A stretch of 32,000 nt of DNA from Kineococcus radiotolerans SRS30216 = ATCC BAA-149 (GCF_000017305.1 NC_009664.2:4200001-4232000); one strand, 5' to 3'. Shown: positions 17,680-27,126, counted from the first letter of the stretch. The notes: generated by a model from the sequence alone, not told the origin. Made by a program: numbers and translations.

Positions 17680-18600
17680 TCAGCCGCCGAGCACGGGGGT
17701 CCCGGCGGCGGGGGCGTTGGCCGACCCGGCGACGTAGCGGCCGTACGGCTCCCCGTAGATCCCCGGCCCGTCGACGTGCAGCTCGGCGAGGAAGGCGTCC
17801 GTGCGCTCGCGCGCGTCCTGCGACAGCACGGCGGTCTCCTCGAAGGAGGTCGGGTCGACGCGCCGGGGGCCCGGCGCGGGCAGGCACACGACGGGGACGT
17901 GAGCGGCCACGGCCGGCAGGGCGGCCATGAGCTGCGCGCGGAGCTGCACCTGCGCCACCCGGGCCAGGATGTTCCTGATGCTCGGGGGTCCGGGAACCAC
18001 GGGGGCCGGCACGGTCGCGTCGAGCACCACCAGCGAGCCGGCCCCGCGCGCGGCGGCGTGCCGCACCGGCACGTTCGCCACCACGCCGCCGTCCACGAGG
18101 TCCCTGCCGTCGACGTGCACGGAGGGGAAGACGCCGGGGATCGCCGCCGAGGCCAGCAGCGCCGGGACCAGCGGGCCGGAATCCAGCACGTGCTCGTCCC
18201 CGGTGGCCAGGTCCAGGGCCACGACCGCGAGCGGCGTCCCCAGGCCCTCGAAGGTGTCCGTGTCCAGGGTGCTCAGGACGAGGGCCTCGAGGGCCCTGGA
18301 GCTGACGGCGTGCGTGCGGGAACGGCTCAGCCGCAGCACGGCGCCGAGGAGGCTGCCGGGGAACACGCTGTCGCGGGTCAGGTCCTTCCACATCGACGCC
18401 AGCAGCGCGGGCCCGTCGTCGCCGTGGGCGGCGAGGACCGCCCCGTTCAGCGCCCCGACCGACGTCCCGGTGATCTGGTCGGGGACGACGCGGTGCTCGT
18501 GCAGGGCCGAGACCATGCCGACCTGGACGGCGCCGCGGCTCCCCCCTCCGCCCATCACGAAGCCCACCGGTCCCGGGAGGTGGATCCTCCGGCCCCTCAC
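17680..18600 (-). CDS. Patatin-like phospholipase
   Basis: Oxyanion motif GGGSRG, nucleophile elbow GTSVGALNG, and a C-terminal catalytic DGG (LVDGGV). Confidence 0.85.
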   Translation of the reverse strand: MRGRRIHLPGPVGFVMGGGGSRGAVQVGMVSALHEHRVVPDQITGTSVGALNGAVLAAHGDDGPALLASMWKDLTRDSVFPGSLLGAVLRLSRSRTHAVSSRALEALVLSTLDTDTFEGLGTPLAVVALDLATGDEHVLDSGPLVPALLASAAIPGVFPSVHVDGRDLVDGGVVANVPVRHAAARGAGSLVVLDATVPAPVVPGPPSIRNILARVAQVQLRAQLMAALPAVAAHVPVVCLPAPGPRRVDPTSFEETAVLSQDARERTDAFLAELHVDGPGIYGEPYGRYVAGSANAPAAGTPVLGG

Positions 18601-18923
18601 CGCGACGACCCCGTCACCGCGGGAACCCGGCCGGACGCCGGTCCTGGTCGGCGTCCGGTGGCGGGGGTTTCCCGTCCGGTACCAGCGGGGGTTCCCGCCT
18701 CGGCGACGACCCCACCCGCTCGGGCCGTCTCCGCGGCGATCCTCATCGGTGAACCATGCTCACACCGTAGGGGCCGCCTGGGTGGTCGTCACCTCGAGTC
18801 GGTCGCGCGGGGTGCATCGGGCGGCGGGAGCCCGCGACCCCGGGGTGCCGTGTTCCCGGTCGTCACGACGGAGTTCGGGCACCGCGGCGGGGTGCAGGTC
18901 CTGAGGACGGGTCCGGGCCGCGG

Positions 18924-19925
18924 TCAACGGCGGACGACGATCTTGCCGACGGTGCGCCCCGTTTCCACCAGCCGGTGCGCCTCGCGCAGGCCGGCGGCGC
19001 TGAAGTCGTCCAGCGTGGTGGTCAGGGTCGTGCGGATCCGTCCGGCGTCGACCAGGGCGGCGACCTCGCCCAGCAGGCGCTGCTGCTCGGCGATGTCGGG
19101 GGTGGTGTACGTCGAGCGGGTGAACATCAGCTCCCAGAGCCAGGCGATGCTCTTGCCCTTCAACGGCATCAGGTCCAGCCCGACCGGGTCGTCGATGGCC
19201 ACGATCTGCCCGAACGGCTTCACGACCTCGGCGAAGGCCTCGACGTTGCCCTGGGAGGCCGGGGAGAAGAGGTGGTCGACGCCCTCCGGGGCCACCGCCT
19301 CCACCGACGCCACCAGGTCGTGGTGGTCGATGACGGCGTCGGCGCCGAGTTCGCTGACCCAGGTTCGCGACTCCGGTTTGCCCGCACTGGCGAGCACGCG
19401 GACCCCGGTCAGCTGCTTCGCGAGCTGGATCATGATGGATCCGACACCCCCGGCCCCGCCGAGGACGGCCAGGGTGCCGTGCGAGGAGGCGTCCAGGCGC
19501 AGCCGGTCGAAGAGCGCCTCCCAGGCGGTGATGGAGGTCAGCGGCAGCGCCGCGGCCTCGGGGAAGCTGAGGGTGGCCGGTTTGCGGGCGACGATGCGTT
19601 CGTCGACGGCCTGCAGTTCGGTGTTGGAACCGGAGCGGGTGATGTCCCCGGCGTAGTAGACCTCGTCACCCACCGACAGCGTCGTCACGTCGCCGCCGAT
19701 CGCCTCCACGACGCCGGCCGCGTCGTAGCCGAGGACCTTCGGGGTGGTCTGCTTGCCCAAGCCGGAGCGGACCTTGACGTCGACGGGGTTCACCGAGACG
19801 GCTTCCACCCGGACGAGGACGTCGTGCGGGCGCAGTTCGGGCACCGGGACCCGCACGTCCTGCAGGGAGGCGGGATCGGAGATGGGCAGGCCGTCGAAGG
19901 CGGCGACGGCGTTCACGGTGGTCAT
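18924..19925 (-). CDS. Zinc-type/MDR alcohol dehydrogenase-quinone oxidoreductase family protein
   Basis: HDVLVRVEAVSVNPVDVKVR and the Rossmann motif LAVLGGAGGVGSIMIQLAK. ATG 19925 is preferred over the upstream GTG 19943. Confidence 0.85.
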   Translation of the reverse strand: MTTVNAVAAFDGLPISDPASLQDVRVPVPELRPHDVLVRVEAVSVNPVDVKVRSGLGKQTTPKVLGYDAAGVVEAIGGDVTTLSVGDEVYYAGDITRSGSNTELQAVDERIVARKPATLSFPEAAALPLTSITAWEALFDRLRLDASSHGTLAVLGGAGGVGSIMIQLAKQLTGVRVLASAGKPESRTWVSELGADAVIDHHDLVASVEAVAPEGVDHLFSPASQGNVEAFAEVVKPFGQIVAIDDPVGLDLMPLKGKSIAWLWELMFTRSTYTTPDIAEQQRLLGEVAALVDAGRIRTTLTTTLDDFSAAGLREAHRLVETGRTVGKIVVRR

Positions 19926-20038
19926 GGACGCATCCTGGCCCACGGGGTGGAGGGGGCGGCTGACGGGTCACCCGCCGACGCCGTCCCGGGCGCCGACGGC
20001 GGCGCCGCCCGCGAGGAACCCGCCGCCGCCCCTCCTCG

Positions 20039-20917
20039 TCAGGGGACGCGCTCGTGCAGCAGTTCCTCGGTGACGTTCCACAACCGGCGGCGCGCGGCGG
20101 GATCGTCGGCCGGTGCGGCGGGGGTGATCTCCCGCGGGCCGCGGACGGTGACGTAGCGGCCGCTGACGTTCCCGTAGGAGGGGTGGGTGGCCAGGTGCAC
20201 GATCAGCCCGGCGCCGCGCCGGGGATCTCCGATCCGCAGGCGGGTCAGCAGGAGTTCCAGCGGACGCGCGAGGCGCAGGTCGCGTCCCAGACCGGTGACG
20301 TTGAAACCCGGGTCGAGGCAGTTCGCGACCACGCTGGTGCCGCGCAGGCGCTCGGCGAGTTCGAGGGTGAACATGATGTCGAGCAGTTTCGTCTTCCCGT
20401 AGCGCGGCGAGGACCCCCGGGCGGTGAACGGGGACAGGTCGGTCAGGTCGTCGGGCAGCGAGAGGGTCCCGTGCCGGCGGGAGGCCTCGGAGGCCACCGT
20501 GACGACGCGGGCCGCGGCCGAGCGCCGCAGAGCCGGCAGGAGGGCCTGGGTCAGAACCCAGGGCGCCAGGTAGTTCACGGCGACCATCTGCGGCAGACCG
20601 TCGACGGTCGTGCGCGGGGTGAAGGCGTGGACCCCGGCGTTGTTGACCAGCACGTCGACGTGCTCGTGCTGCTGGGCGATGCGCCGGCCGGCCGCGCGGA
20701 CCTGGTGCAGGCGGGTGAGGTCCACCTCGACGACCTCGGTGCGGGCGGAGGGGTTCCGCGCGCGGACGGCGTCGACGGTGGCCTGCGCCCGGTCCGGGTC
20801 GCGGGCGGGGAGGATCAGGTGCGCGCCGCGGGCGGCGAGGTCGAGGGCGGCGAGGCAACCCAGTCCGCTGGTGGCTCCGGTGAGGACGACGACGGGCCCG
20901 GTGGGCGGGGTGGGCAC
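20039..20917 (-). CDS. Short-chain dehydrogenase/reductase (SDR)
   Basis: VVVLTGATSGLGCLAA, NNAGV, and YGKTKLLD (Y-x3-K). GTG start at 20917, 6 nt after the MFS stop. This is the lower part of track ORF 20039-22369. Confidence 0.8.
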   Translation of the reverse strand: MPTPPTGPVVVLTGATSGLGCLAALDLAARGAHLILPARDPDRAQATVDAVRARNPSARTEVVEVDLTRLHQVRAAGRRIAQQHEHVDVLVNNAGVHAFTPRTTVDGLPQMVAVNYLAPWVLTQALLPALRRSAAARVVTVASEASRRHGTLSLPDDLTDLSPFTARGSSPRYGKTKLLDIMFTLELAERLRGTSVVANCLDPGFNVTGLGRDLRLARPLELLLTRLRIGDPRRGAGLIVHLATHPSYGNVSGRYVTVRGPREITPAAPADDPAARRRLWNVTEELLHERVP

Positions 20918-20922
20918 GGTGA

Positions 20923-22566
20923 TCAGGCTCCTGGGGTCGGGGTGGGCAGGTGAGCGTGGTGGTCGCCGCGGGAGGGCGCGCGGTGCGGGTGCTGCAGGCG
21001 GGGGCGCCGGCCGGGGACCAGCAGGGCCAGCAGGGCGCCGGCGGCCGCGACGGCCGCGGCGGCGAGCATGGTGGTGCGCATGCCGGAGACGAAGGCCGTC
21101 TGGGTGGAGTGCGTGATCAGGTGGGCCAGGTCGGCGTCGGCGCCGGGAGGGACGGGGGCCACCCCGCCGGCCACCGCGGTGCTGCCCGCCCGGCCCAGCG
21201 CGGCGATCAGGTCGGCGGGCAGGGCGGAGTGCTCCAGCAGCCGGCTGAAGCGCTCGCCGGTGGCCGCGGCCATCACGCCGCCGAGGACGGCGACGCCCAG
21301 GGTGGCGCCGAGGCGACCGGCGGTCTGCTGGGCGCCGGCCGCGGCGCCGGCCAGTTCCACCGGGGCCCGTCCCACGGTGGTGTTGACGGTGGAGGTGACC
21401 AGCAGTCCCAGACCCAGGCCGATCAGGGCCAAGCCCGCACCCAGGGGTCGGTAGCCGCCGCCGACGGTGGCGGTCGAGGTGGCCACCAGGCCGGCGGCGA
21501 CCAGCAGGGAACCCGCCAGCAGGCTCCAGCGGTCCCCGACGGCGGCGATGAGGCGCCCGGAGAGCACCGCCCCCAGGAGCATGCCCGCTCCCAGCGGCAG
21601 CAGGCGCACGCCGACCCCCGCGGAGGGCACGTGCTGGATCTGCAGCCAGAACAGCGACACCACGAAGAGCCCGCCGTTGAGGGCGAAGAACGCCAGGACG
21701 CTCAGCAGCGAACCGGCGGTGAAGGAGCGGTCGCGGAACAGCGACAGCGGCAGCAGCGGGTCGCGGCTGCGCGCTTCCACGAGCACGAAGGCGGCCAGCG
21801 CCACCGCGGCCCCGACCAGCGGGACGGTGGTGGAGGCGGCGCCCCACCCGCGGGTGGGTGCGTCGATGAGGGCGTGGACCAGGGCGCTGAGGGCGAGGAC
21901 GAGCAGGAGGGTGCCCAGGACGTCGAAGCCGGCGCTGCGCCGCAGGCGCACCTCGCGCAGGGCCTGGGTCCCCAGCAGCAGGCAGACGAGGGCCACGGGG
22001 ACGTTCAGGTACATCGTCCAGCGCCAGCCGCCGGCCTCCACGACCGCTCCGCCGACGAGGGGACCGGCGGCGATCGAGAGTCCCTGCACGGAGTTGAAGA
22101 TCCCGATGGCGGCGGGCAGTCGCGGCTCGGGGACGCTGGCGCGCAGCAGCGAGAGGGCGTTGGTGGTGAGGAAACCGCCAAAGACCCCCTGGGCGGTGCG
22201 CAGGGCGATGACGAGGGGGACCGGCGTCGAGACCCCGATGAGCAGCGAGGTCAGGCCGAAACCGGCGATGCCGAGCAGGAAGGTGCGCTTGCGTCCGTAG
22301 CGGTCGCCGAGCTTCCCGGCCAGGACCAGCGAGGCGGTCAGCCCGAGCAGGTAGGCGGTGGTGATCCACTGCAGGTCGCCCAGTCCCACGTGCAGGTCGG
22401 CGGCGAGGTCGCCGCCGGCCACGGCCAGGATCGTGGTGGCCAGGCCGGGCATGAGGGCGCCGAGGGTGACGGCCAGGACCGCGGCGCGGGTCCCCCGGCG
22501 CGGAGTCGCGTGGCCGGGGGTCGCGTGGTCGGGAGTCGCGTGGTCGGGGGGCGGGGGGACGCTCAT
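20923..22566 (-). CDS. MFS transporter, DHA2/EmrB-like (about 14 TM segments)
   Basis: 547 aa with many hydrophobic segments. LAGKLGDRYGRKRTFL is MFS motif A-like. Divergent from the MarR gene. Confidence 0.9.
   Translation of the reverse strand: MSVPPPPDHATPDHATPGHATPRRGTRAAVLAVTLGALMPGLATTILAVAGGDLAADLHVGLGDLQWITTAYLLGLTASLVLAGKLGDRYGRKRTFLLGIAGFGLTSLLIGVSTPVPLVIALRTAQGVFGGFLTTNALSLLRASVPEPRLPAAIGIFNSVQGLSIAAGPLVGGAVVEAGGWRWTMYLNVPVALVCLLLGTQALREVRLRRSAGFDVLGTLLLVLALSALVHALIDAPTRGWGAASTTVPLVGAAVALAAFVLVEARSRDPLLPLSLFRDRSFTAGSLLSVLAFFALNGGLFVVSLFWLQIQHVPSAGVGVRLLPLGAGMLLGAVLSGRLIAAVGDRWSLLAGSLLVAAGLVATSTATVGGGYRPLGAGLALIGLGLGLLVTSTVNTTVGRAPVELAGAAAGAQQTAGRLGATLGVAVLGGVMAAATGERFSRLLEHSALPADLIAALGRAGSTAVAGGVAPVPPGADADLAHLITHSTQTAFVSGMRTTMLAAAAVAAAGALLALLVPGRRPRLQHPHRAPSRGDHHAHLPTPTPGA
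22505..22549 (-). repeat. In-frame 15-bp tandem repeat x3 in the MFS N-terminal tail
   Basis: gtcgcgtggccgggg / gtcgcgtggtcggga / gtcgcgtggtcgggg on the plus strand, encoding PDHATPDHATPGHATP on the minus strand. Confidence 0.8.
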
Positions 22567-22619
22567 GGGGTCTCCAAGTAGTTTGCCGATGCCTACTATC
22601 GAACTGATATCATGGGCAG
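22567..22619. promoter_or_regulatory. MarR/MFS divergent promoter-operator region
   Basis: 53-bp gap that is unusually A/T-rich for this DNA. It contains short inverted repeats (AGTAG-n11-CTACT at 22577-22597; TATC-n5-GATA at 22597-22609; GATATC). Confidence 0.4.
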
Positions 22620-23096
22620 ATGCAAACGAACAAGGGCGCCGGGGACCGTCGCGAACTGGACCTGGAGCTGGGGGAGGCGATCAACGCGCTGCTGGCCGCC
22701 ACCCGGGTGCTGAGCGAGCGCAGCGCGGCCCGCTTCCACGAGGGCCTGCAGCCCGCCGCCTTCCACATCGCCCGCTGGCTCTACGCCTTCGGCCCCGCGC
22801 GGCCCAGCGCGATCGCCGAGGCGGTGGGGATGGACCGCAGTTCCACCAGCACGCTGATCGGGCGCATGCGCACCCTCGGCCTGCTGGAGAGCGACCCCGA
22901 CCCGGCCGACCGCCGCAGCATCGTCGTCGCCCTCAGCAGCACCGGGCGAGAGCGGGTCGCCGACACCCTCGACGACCGCGAGGACGAACTGCACTGGCGC
23001 ACCCGCCACTGGCCCGCCGAGGACGTCCGGACGTTGACGCGCCTGCTGCAGCGACTGACCGGCGACGGCGCGAGCACCGGGGAACCGGCGGACTGA
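22620..23096 (+). CDS. MarR family transcriptional regulator
   Basis: Winged-HTH region ARPSAIAEAVGMDRSSTSTLIGRMRTLGLLESDPDPADRRSIVVALSSTG. Confidence 0.9.
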   Translation: MQTNKGAGDRRELDLELGEAINALLAATRVLSERSAARFHEGLQPAAFHIARWLYAFGPARPSAIAEAVGMDRSSTSTLIGRMRTLGLLESDPDPADRRSIVVALSSTGRERVADTLDDREDELHWRTRHWPAEDVRTLTRLLQRLTGDGASTGEPAD

Positions 23097-23183
23097 GAAC
23101 TCCGGCGACGGCTCTTCCGGGCCCCGCCCGGAACCCCGCCCGGGACCCCGAGAAAGCCGTTCCCGTGCGGGGTGGGAGCAGCA

Positions 23184-23216
23184 CCGACCCGGGAGAAGCG
23201 CTCGCGCCCGGGTCGG
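23184..23216 (+). terminator. 10-bp perfect hairpin downstream of marR
   Basis: CCGACCCGGG-13 nt-CCCGGGTCGG, about 90 nt after the marR stop. There is no T-tract. Confidence 0.35.
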
Positions 23217-23302
23217 CCGCCGGGTCCGCCGCGGAGCAGCAGCGGGTGGGCTCGCGGAGGGTAGCCCCACGGCAGAGGTGCTCGGCGCCGCCGGGTGGCG
23301 GC

Positions 23303-23335
23303 CCGGGGTGAACTCCAGGTGACGTTCCGGTGGCG
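23303..23335 (-). promoter_or_regulatory. PHO-box-like 11-nt direct repeat units upstream of the 5'-nucleotidase gene
   Basis: The minus strand reads CGCCACCGGAA CGTCACCTGGA GTTCACCCCGG, three phased 11-mers. The last matches 10 of 11 positions of my recalled Streptomyces PhoP unit G(G/T)TCAYYYR(G/C)G. Confidence 0.35.
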
Positions 23336-23467
23336 TGGTGAGCGGCCGGTCGCCGGGTGCACGGCCGACGGGTCCGATGGGGGCCCGGTGACGAGCGGGA
23401 ACTCCCGCGAACCCGGTGAGAGGTGCGAGGATCCGACCCGTACCGCACCAGCGTCCCCCGGAGAGAC

Positions 23468-25279
23468 ATGTCCCTCGCACCCGCGCGTGCGCGTCGCGCC
23501 GCGTTCGCCCTCGCCCTGGCCTGCACCCTCACCGCGGCCCCCGCGACCGCCGTTGCCGCACCGGGCCCGAAGGCGCCCAAGCCGCCGAAGGCCGACTTCA
23601 CCCTCACGATCCTGCACGCCAACGACCTGGAGTCGTCCCTGCTGCCCGTCACGGGCACGGACGGCAGCACCTACGGCGGCGTGGACCGCTTCGTCGAGCT
23701 CGTCCAGCGCGAGCAGCGCGCCGCCGTCACGGGCCGACCCGGTCCCGGTCAGGCCGGCAAGCGCGGCGTGCTGACCGTCTCCGCCGGTGACAACTTCCTG
23801 CCCGGCCCGCAGCTGGCGGCCAGCGAGGGCTCCGGGCGGCCGATCTACGACGCGACGGCGTTCAGCGCCGCCGGGTTCGACGTCTCGATCTTCGGCAACC
23901 ACGACTTCGACCAGAACCCCGACTTCCTCGCCCGGTGGCTGGGCGACGTGTCCCCGGGCACGGCGTTCGTCGCGGGCAACCTCGGCTTCGGCGCCGAGCC
24001 GCGCCTGCTGGCGGAGGTCCAGGACGGCACGATCGTGCGCACCCACGTCCAGGAGGTCAAGGGCGAGCGCATCGGCGTCATCGGCCTGACCACCCCCGAG
24101 CTGCCGCGGCTGAGCAGTTCGCGCGGCGTCACCGTCGACCCGGACCTGGCGCGCATCGCCAACGCCCAGGCCGCCGCCTACGCCGCCGCCGGCGTCGACA
24201 AGGTCGTCCTCGTCTCGCACCTGCAGGACATCGACAACGAGGTGGCCCTGGCCGGGCAGCTGCACGGCGTCGACGTGATCGTCGGCGGCGGTGGGCACGA
24301 GCTGCTCGCCGACCCCGGCGACCCCCTGGTCGCCAACGGCGTCACCCCCTACGGGCGCTACCCGCTGACCCCGACCGACGCCGACGGGCGCGTCGTGCCC
24401 GTCGTGACCACCAACGCCCTCTACACCTACGTCGGCCGGCTCGTCGTCACCTTCGACGAGCGCGGCGAGCTCCTCGCCGTCGACGAAGGGGCCTCGCGCC
24501 CGATCCCCGTGGTGGCGCAGGGTCCCGACGCCGTCGCCCCCGACACCCGGGTGAACCAGCAGGTGGTGCAGCCGGTGCAGGAGTACGTCTCCTCGCTCGC
24601 CCGGCAGGTCGTGGCCCGTTCGGAGGTCCCGCTGAACGGCGTGCGCAACGACGTCCGCAGCCGCGAGACCAACCTGGGGAACCTGGCCACCGATGCCCTG
24701 CTCGCCGCGGGGCGCCGCGAGGCGGCCGCGGCCGGGGTGGCCGCGCCGGTCGTCGCGCTGCAGAACGGCGGCGGCATCCGCAACGCCTCCGTGCTGCCCG
24801 CGGGGGACATCTCCGCCCTGGACACCTACACGGTGCTGCCCTTCGCCAACTTCGTCGGTGTCGCCCCGGCGATGCCGGTGGAGACCTTCCTCGCCGGGGT
24901 CGAGCACGGCCTGTCCGCGGCGGTCGCCGGCGGGGTGCTGCAGCCGGCCGGTTCCTTCGCCCAGGCCGCCGGCTACCGCGTCAGCTACGACCCGGCCCGC
25001 CCGGCCGGATCGCGCGTCGTGGACCTCGTCCTGGACGACGGCACCGTCCTCGTGCGCGGCGGTGCGCCCACCGGCGCGCTGGAGACCCTGTCGGTGGCGA
25101 CGATCGACTTCATGCTGCGCGGCGGGGACGGGTACCCCTTCGACGGCGTCGCCTTCAGCGTGCTGCCGGTGACCTACCAGCAGGCGCTGGCGACGTACCT
25201 CACCGGTGACCTGGGCGGCCGGGTCACCGCGGCGGACTACCCGGTGGGCGGCGAGGGCCGCATCACGCCCGTCTCCTGA
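23468..25279 (+). CDS. Secreted bifunctional metallophosphatase / 5'-nucleotidase (UshA-like)
   Basis: Signal peptide MSLAPARARRAAFALALACTLTAAPATAVA, then ILHANDLES, GNHDFD, and a C-terminal 5'-nucleotidase domain (NGGGIR...DFMLRGGDGY). GGAGAGA RBS before ATG 23468. Confidence 0.85.
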   Translation: MSLAPARARRAAFALALACTLTAAPATAVAAPGPKAPKPPKADFTLTILHANDLESSLLPVTGTDGSTYGGVDRFVELVQREQRAAVTGRPGPGQAGKRGVLTVSAGDNFLPGPQLAASEGSGRPIYDATAFSAAGFDVSIFGNHDFDQNPDFLARWLGDVSPGTAFVAGNLGFGAEPRLLAEVQDGTIVRTHVQEVKGERIGVIGLTTPELPRLSSSRGVTVDPDLARIANAQAAAYAAAGVDKVVLVSHLQDIDNEVALAGQLHGVDVIVGGGGHELLADPGDPLVANGVTPYGRYPLTPTDADGRVVPVVTTNALYTYVGRLVVTFDERGELLAVDEGASRPIPVVAQGPDAVAPDTRVNQQVVQPVQEYVSSLARQVVARSEVPLNGVRNDVRSRETNLGNLATDALLAAGRREAAAAGVAAPVVALQNGGGIRNASVLPAGDISALDTYTVLPFANFVGVAPAMPVETFLAGVEHGLSAAVAGGVLQPAGSFAQAAGYRVSYDPARPAGSRVVDLVLDDGTVLVRGGAPTGALETLSVATIDFMLRGGDGYPFDGVAFSVLPVTYQQALATYLTGDLGGRVTAADYPVGGEGRITPVS

Positions 25280-25999
25280 ACGGACCCGCCCTCCCGCGGC
25301 CGCCCGGCCCTCGACCGGGCGGCCGTGCCGTCGGCGGCGAGGCTGTGCACGAGGCGGTCGTCACGCCGCCTCAGCGGTTCCGAACTCAGCCCCGGTCGCG
25401 ACGCGCCCCCGGCGGCGGAGGCGCGTCCGTCCTCCCGGTCGTCCTCGTCCGGACCGGCCAGGACCCCGGGGTCGCGGGCGGAAGGACGTCACGAGCGGGA
25501 CCGCGACGTTCGGCACGGCCCCCACGACGACGACCGCGAACGGCAGAGCCGGCTCCGCCCACCGCGGGGGACTGGCTGGTCGAACAGCGACCCGACGCCC
25601 CGGGCACCCACCGCTGCGCGCGGCTCACCGGGCCCGACGCCGGCTCCGGCTCCACGCTGGGTACCTCAACGGTTCGGCCATCACCGAGGCCGACGTGCTC
25701 CGCTCCACCGCGGGCTTCCTCGCCGACCTCGACCCCGGGACCGGCTACCTGGACCGAGCGCCGCTGCGGTGCGCCGGCTCCGTCACCGGTGGGGGCAGCC
25801 CCAGCCGCGGACGGCACGTGGGCAGCAGTACCCGGTCCCACCAGGTGGCTGTCGCCCTCGCCGGCCCGCGGACGGGTTCCGGACCTCGGCGGCGCCGCGG
25901 CGTCACCGCAGGCCGGCGCACCGACCGCGCGCCCACCGCAGGTGCGTCGGCGGACTCGACGGGTTCCCCCGTCCACCCGCGTGCAGCACAGTGCTCGTC

Positions 26000-26959
26000 A
26001 TGCCCACCACCGACGTCGAGACGTACGCCCGGCGGGCGCTGCGGGCCATCGAGACGCGCGCCCTGCACCTGGACCGGGCGAACTGGCCGGAGCACCGGGC
26101 TGAAGTGCTCGGTGCGGCGCGCACCGCCACCCACCCCGCCCAACTGCACCCGCTGCTGCGCCAGGCGGTGCGCCACGCCGGCGGCGCGCACAGCGGCCTG
26201 ATCGAACCGGGGCGGCGCTCCCTCTTCGACGCGCAGGACCACCCCCTGCCCACGGCACGGCTCATCGGCACCACCGCGGTGCTGAGCCTGCCGGCCTGCC
26301 CCGCCGGAGCGCGGGGGGCGGACGCCTACGTGCGCGCCGCCGCAGCAGCCCTGCACCACGTCGGCGAGCGGGCCGGCGCCGCCGGAGCGCGTGGCTGGGT
26401 GGTGGACCTGCGCGGCAACCTCGGCGGCTCGATGTGGCCGATGCTGGCTGCCGTCGCGCCGCTCCTCGGTGGCGAGGGACGGATCGGTGCCTTCGTCGAC
26501 CGCGACGGGCACCGCACGCCCTGGCGCCTCTCGCGCGGGTGCGTGGGGACCGCGCGCTGGGCGTTGCGCCGTCGAGCGCTGGCTCGGTGCAGCGACCCGC
26601 GCCCGCTGCCGGGGCCGGTGCTCGTGCTCACCGACGAGCGCACCGCCAGTTCCGGCGAGGCCGTGGTCGTGGCCTTCCGCGGCGCCCCGGGTGTCCGCTC
26701 GTGCGGGCGAGCCACCCACGGCTCCAGCACCGCCAACGACGTCGTCGTCCTGCCCGACGGGGCGACGCTGCTCATCACCTGCGCTGCGCTGGCCGACCGC
26801 ACCGGCACCGTGCACACCGGCCGCCTGCACCCGGACCACCCCCTCCAGGGCACCGCACGTACCAGCGGTCCGGCGCCCGGTGCCGCCTCGGGCGGTGCCG
26901 ACGCCGCCGGCCCGGCCCCGGACGAAACCCTGCTCAGGGCGCTGGAACTGCTGCCCTGA
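26000..26959 (+). CDS. Peptidase S41 family-like protein
   Basis: VVDLRGNLGGSMWP and LTDERTASSGEAVV motifs, typical of the S41 catalytic region. ATG 26000, with GTG 25991 as an alternative. The track ORF 25325-26959 is this frame extended upstream. Confidence 0.7.
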   Translation: MPTTDVETYARRALRAIETRALHLDRANWPEHRAEVLGAARTATHPAQLHPLLRQAVRHAGGAHSGLIEPGRRSLFDAQDHPLPTARLIGTTAVLSLPACPAGARGADAYVRAAAAALHHVGERAGAAGARGWVVDLRGNLGGSMWPMLAAVAPLLGGEGRIGAFVDRDGHRTPWRLSRGCVGTARWALRRRALARCSDPRPLPGPVLVLTDERTASSGEAVVVAFRGAPGVRSCGRATHGSSTANDVVVLPDGATLLITCAALADRTGTVHTGRLHPDHPLQGTARTSGPAPGAASGGADAAGPAPDETLLRALELLP

Positions 26960-27126
26960 GCACCGCGGAACCCGCGGGATCGATCGAGGGAACCGTGTCA
27001 AGCTCCGCCTGCGCCAAGCGCCGGCCCCGTGGTCGTGCCGCGGACGTCGTGTTGTCGTGCCGGTGCCCGCCCGGCCGCTCCGCACCCACGACGAGCCTGG
27101 TCGAACGGGGTGCAGGACCGCCGCTG

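Noticed and set aside
17166-18600. Patatin-like phospholipase as a CBASS-type (CapV) defence effector
   Set aside because: No cyclase/nucleotidyltransferase or other CBASS components are nearby. The gene sits in a thioesterase/oxidoreductase/MFS context, which fits lipid or small-molecule metabolism better.
23097-23467. Possible riboswitch (cobalamin, ydaO/c-di-AMP or ZTP) in the long nucleotidase leader
   Set aside because: I could not find the diagnostic conserved blocks, such as the B12 box GCCACTG, the ydaO 3' CCGACAGCUAACC, or the ZTP GGGUCGUGAC...CCGCCUGGGC. An Infernal scan is needed to settle it.
20950-24907. 543-aa plus-strand ORF antisense to the MFS gene and 708-aa minus-strand ORF antisense to marR and the nucleotidase
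   Set aside because: Their composition is Gly/Arg/Asp-rich and low in complexity, and the real genes lie on the opposite strand.
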